DNA of 64,000 nucleotides. Source: a bacterium. GTDB lineage: Bacteria; RBG-13-61-14; DATKZS01. Below are positions 60,589-64,000 of the stretch, piece after piece (position 1 is the first letter of the stretch; the number at the start of each line of letters is the position of its first letter). The notes under the pieces are model-generated. The model saw nothing but the letters and a program-made list of their open reading frames with translations, had not been told where the DNA came from and did no database searches. The stretch lies in contig CAXXFL010000007.1 of the NCBI GenBank assembly GCA_963674965.2, positions 704,001-768,000 on the forward strand, read 5' to 3'. Position numbers and translations under genes: made by a program.

Positions 60589-61929
60589 GTGATAAAAATG
60601 TATAAACTTTTTAACCAAGCTCAACAACAAATGAGCTCAATAAATAAAAATGGCTATTTAGATGCTTTTTCAGAAGCAGCTTTAGAAAATGCTTATAGTA
60701 CTGTTCTCGGTTCTTACCCACATATGGATAGTATGCTCGAAACAGTCAACGCATTGATAAGAGGAATAGATTATTCTGCATTTAATCAAGCCACTCAGAT
60801 TATTTCTGGCATAAACAAATTTCTTACAAATGATGATATTTCTGGAATTACATCCGTAATTGCAGGTGTTAACTCAGCATCAGGATTTTCTATTCAAGAG
60901 GCAATGAATAAATTTGAATCTGATCATTTTGCTCTGGAAGATTACGTTTTTAAACTGTTATCACAAAATATATCAGGAGCCGCTGCTGCGATTAATGCAC
61001 TTCTTCCAGAGCACGGAAATATTTTCAAGGCGCAATTAATTTCAGAAGCTATTTCTGCAAATACTACCACCACGGCTTCAATACTTAATAGTCTGGAAAA
61101 CACGGGAAATCCGCATAATGTTATCGGACTATCCCAATTATTTTTAAGACCAGTTGCCGCATATAAAATGTTTGCAGATGATACAGTCGCTCTCTTTGCG
61201 GATGCCGTTGAAGCGCGTGAATCTTTACCTCTAGGGCTTTCATTGGCTATTGCAAAAAATCAAATCATCAAATCAACTGAAGTTACAACATCTTTAATCT
61301 CTTCAATTCAAGAAGAATATAAGCCAAATATTTCTAGACCTATTGACTTCTTTGAAATCCAAAGAACTGAACTTCTCGATAGTTTTAACTTTCCATATAA
61401 TACTGATCAATTGCAAAATAGAGAGATTATTCAATCCAAGAAATATAATTCTTTGGCCAGAAAAGCTTTAAGTTTATATATAGAATGCAACGAAAACTCC
61501 AAACTTAAGGGAGAAAAGGAAATCTTCACTCTTACAAATAGAGTACTCGAAGCAACAAACGAGTTGCCTTATATTGTGCCCGCTGATAAAAAGTCCTTCT
61601 CAATATTTATTGATTATATATACTTTATGGTTTACGAGGCGGCTGGAAGTGACAAGTTGAGATATCATTATAAAAGTGGAGGCATTCTCGATGATGAAGA
61701 ATGTCAGTTTGTCTGGAGAGTAAAGCATATTAGAAATAAATGGCTTCGCCACGACCCTGATCACGGAAGAGATATTGATATAAGGAAAAACTGGGAGGAC
61801 CTTAAAAAAACATTTAATAGTTTGGGCTTTAACGGTCTTCCAAGTAACGAAGATGACTTCAATAAAATGTCTAATATGCTTCTTAATCAATTTATTGAAT
61901 TCTTAGAAAGACTAAAATCAAAGTTATGA
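60589..61929 (+). CDS. Low-GC hypothetical protein, possible C-terminal HEPN domain
   Basis: Markedly AT-rich ORF; RNKWLRH (R-X5-H) near the C-terminus. Confidence 0.6.
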   Translation: MIKMYKLFNQAQQQMSSINKNGYLDAFSEAALENAYSTVLGSYPHMDSMLETVNALIRGIDYSAFNQATQIISGINKFLTNDDISGITSVIAGVNSASGFSIQEAMNKFESDHFALEDYVFKLLSQNISGAAAAINALLPEHGNIFKAQLISEAISANTTTTASILNSLENTGNPHNVIGLSQLFLRPVAAYKMFADDTVALFADAVEARESLPLGLSLAIAKNQIIKSTEVTTSLISSIQEEYKPNISRPIDFFEIQRTELLDSFNFPYNTDQLQNREIIQSKKYNSLARKALSLYIECNENSKLKGEKEIFTLTNRVLEATNELPYIVPADKKSFSIFIDYIYFMVYEAAGSDKLRYHYKSGGILDDEECQFVWRVKHIRNKWLRHDPDHGRDIDIRKNWEDLKKTFNSLGFNGLPSNEDDFNKMSNMLLNQFIEFLERLKSKL

Positions 61930-61935
61930 ACAGGC

Positions 61936-63012
61936 ATGCATATTCCTCGTGACACTCTAAAGGATGTGTTTACTCCCAAGGTGATTACTGCTTGGAGGGG
62001 TTGTCAGAAATCTTCGGATTTACTCAAGTTCAGACTGAATGTTCTAGAGGCTTGCGGACCTTATCCGCACGACCAAATAAAGGCGGACAGGTTGCGGTCA
62101 TTTCGGGCTCAAAAGGCGGCATGGGAGGCTTATCTGGATGCGGCCTTTGCATGTGGAATGTTCGAGGGTGATAAAGGCAAGGATATAAGGGCAAGGCTCA
62201 CCAGGACCGGAGATGATGGTTTCCGATCAGCAATGGCTGAGTGTGAGGCATGCTGGTTTCTTGCTGGCCGCATGGGTTTTAAGGTCGATCCAGATGCTCC
62301 AGGAAGGAAGGGTAAAAATCTTGAGATGCGCATCTTTTCCGACCAGGGAGATACTGGCATTGAAGTAAAAGCACCTTTCCGTGCTCGGCCCGAGCCACAT
62401 CCTGGGGAATCTGCAGTTGCGCGGTGTGGAGGAGACTCGGATAAAATTTCTGAGTGTATAAAAACTGCCAGCAAACAATTTAATGACGACTGCCCTAACA
62501 TCCTGGTGATTATTCCTAATTTGAGAAATACTCTGTTTGGACATCGGCGCGACCTTTTAAAAGCCGCATATGGAGAAAGCAAGTTAACATTTCAGGTAAA
62601 CCGAGAAACTGGCGAAGGCCGTCCGATGGAAGTGAAATTCTTTCCCGAGGGAAAATTCTTAAACACAAAGCGACCTGGAGGCAGACTCATAAAGCATGAT
62701 GGCTTCCCGGCACACAGGCGCGTAAGCGTTATCCTGTGCATAGAGGAAAGGATTGAAGAACGTTATCCAATGCCCGATCCTTTTGCGTTGCTTCCTGAAG
62801 AAACTCTTAGCCAGATATGGCCCCTATGGGAGAAAGCCCGGAAGCTTCATTTCAGTCCAGACAATAGAAAGTGGGTTGAGCACAACGTCCTGGTCCTGCA
62901 TAACCCATACGCCTATCATCAATTGCCTGAAAAGATGTGGGATGAGTTTCCGCAATTCCTTTCCGTGAATGGCGAGATGATGTGGACCGATGGATATAAA
63001 ATTGACGCCTAA
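61936..63012 (+). CDS. Hypothetical protein, possible PD-(D/E)XK nuclease fold
   Basis: AMAE...NLEMRI...GIEVK pattern; 6 bp after previous gene. Confidence 0.55.
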   Translation: MHIPRDTLKDVFTPKVITAWRGCQKSSDLLKFRLNVLEACGPYPHDQIKADRLRSFRAQKAAWEAYLDAAFACGMFEGDKGKDIRARLTRTGDDGFRSAMAECEACWFLAGRMGFKVDPDAPGRKGKNLEMRIFSDQGDTGIEVKAPFRARPEPHPGESAVARCGGDSDKISECIKTASKQFNDDCPNILVIIPNLRNTLFGHRRDLLKAAYGESKLTFQVNRETGEGRPMEVKFFPEGKFLNTKRPGGRLIKHDGFPAHRRVSVILCIEERIEERYPMPDPFALLPEETLSQIWPLWEKARKLHFSPDNRKWVEHNVLVLHNPYAYHQLPEKMWDEFPQFLSVNGEMMWTDGYKIDA

Positions 63013-63203
63013 CAGGTAACCCACATTGCCCTCAGGGGCGTGACCTCCGGCGTAACCCATCTATGAAAGCAAATTGTCAACCCTGGACGGTCTCATCCTC
63101 CAGTTACCAAAGCTTTTTCTTCTTTCCGTCTACCCTCCTTTACCCGAAAGAATCATGACCGGAGGACCGAGCGGGCGAGGGACGGAGGGCGGGATTGTTT
63201 CGG

Positions 63204-63804
63204 GTCAACAGGCTGGGTCGCCCATGCATGATGCATGGGCGGCGTAAGCCGCGGGCTGATTTTCTCCCGCTATCGGGCCCCTCCAATCGTCGGCCGGAAC
63301 ACGCCGGAATACGCCTCCAAGCGCCCTCGGCCCCGAAGACAGCAGCCCGTTCGCTTCGCTCACCCACGCAATATGCGTGGGCGACCCCGGTACTCCAGCC
63401 ACTTCAAAATGTCAACAGGCCGGGTCGCCCATGCATGATGCATGGGCGGCGTAAGCCGCGGGCTGATTTTCTCCCGCTATCGGGCCCCTCCAATCGCCGG
63501 CCTGAACACGCCGTAAAACGCCTCCAAGCGCCCTCGGCCCCGAAGACAGCAGCCCGTTCGCTTCGCTCACCCACGCAATATGCGTGGGCGACCCCGGTAC
63601 TCCAGCCACTTCAAAATGTCAACAGGCCGGGTCGCCCATGCATGATGCATGGGCGGCGTAAGCCGCGGGCTGATTTTCTCCCGCTATCGGGCTCCTCCAA
63701 TCGCCGGCCTGAACACGCAGGAATACGCCTCCAAGCGCCCTCGGCCCCGAAGACAGCAGCCCGTTCGCTTCGCTCACCCACGCAATATGCGTGGGCGACC
63801 CCGG
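63204..63804. repeat. Tandem array of about 2.9 x 207-bp units, each an inverted pair of REP-like palindromes
   Basis: Units start at 63204, 63411, 63618; palindromes GCCCATGCATGATGCATGGGC and CCCACGCA-ATA-TGCGTGGG. Confidence 0.9.
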
Positions 63805-63817
63805 GTTCCGGCCACTT

Positions 63818-63871
63818 CGGGTTCCGGGCGGGTTCCGGGGACAGCGGGTTCCGGGCGGGTTCCGGGGACAG
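63818..63871. repeat. 2 x 27-bp direct repeat CGGGTTCCGGGCGGGTTCCGGGGACAG
   Basis: Exact duplication, 63818-63844 and 63845-63871. Confidence 0.85.
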
Positions 63872-64000
63872 CATACTTAATTATTTACGTTTCCGATATA
63901 TCTTGACAATATCCGCAATGATAATGATTGAGGCTGGTTTTTGAATGGCTTGATAAATGTAGAAAACGTAAAGAAAAAATCTAAAACGCCATCGATCAAT

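Noticed and set aside
63007-63110. Integron attC site (GCCTAAC over the stop codon)
   Set aside because: No matching GTTRRRY end or convincing palindrome; no integrase seen
63204-63804. CRISPR array, or the 249-aa ORF 63195-63944
   Set aside because: Units are near-identical along their whole length with no unique spacers and no cas genes; the ORF is open only because 207 is a multiple of 3

Overview
High-GC bacterial chromosomal window; gene content suggests a deltaproteobacterium-like anaerobe (inference). In order: (1) 1-3.7 kb, minus strand: a redox module of multiheme cytochrome c, His-rich membrane protein, tandem cNMP-binding/ferredoxin fusion and diheme cytochrome. (2) A guaB-guaA-dnaE operon with tandem NrdR-like boxes over its promoter. 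(3) An envelope/LPS glycosyltransferase cluster with lpxD, a PilZ/HEAT protein and a 428-bp IR-bounded structured element. (4) The most notable locus, 29.2-37.3 kb: a RiPP cluster with an unannotated 28-aa precursor (MEYTTPTLKEHGKLKTTAAESTTVTYYW) carrying a lasso-type YxxPxL leader. It is followed by an RRE, a nucleotidyltransferase, two unrelated kinases, a B12-binding radical SAM, a lasso-B2-type peptidase and two paralogous radical SAM/SPASM enzymes, with no lasso cyclase. (5) An ethylbenzene/steroid-C25-dehydrogenase-type Mo-hydroxylase operon divergent from a Rieske/cytochrome b6-type complex with an octaheme cytochrome. (6) Class II RNR nrdJ with NrdR and DnaA boxes. (7) A low-GC two-gene islet (HEPN-like and nuclease-like) followed by a REP/BIME-like 207-bp tandem array. 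All calls come from reading motifs by eye; no database searches were run.
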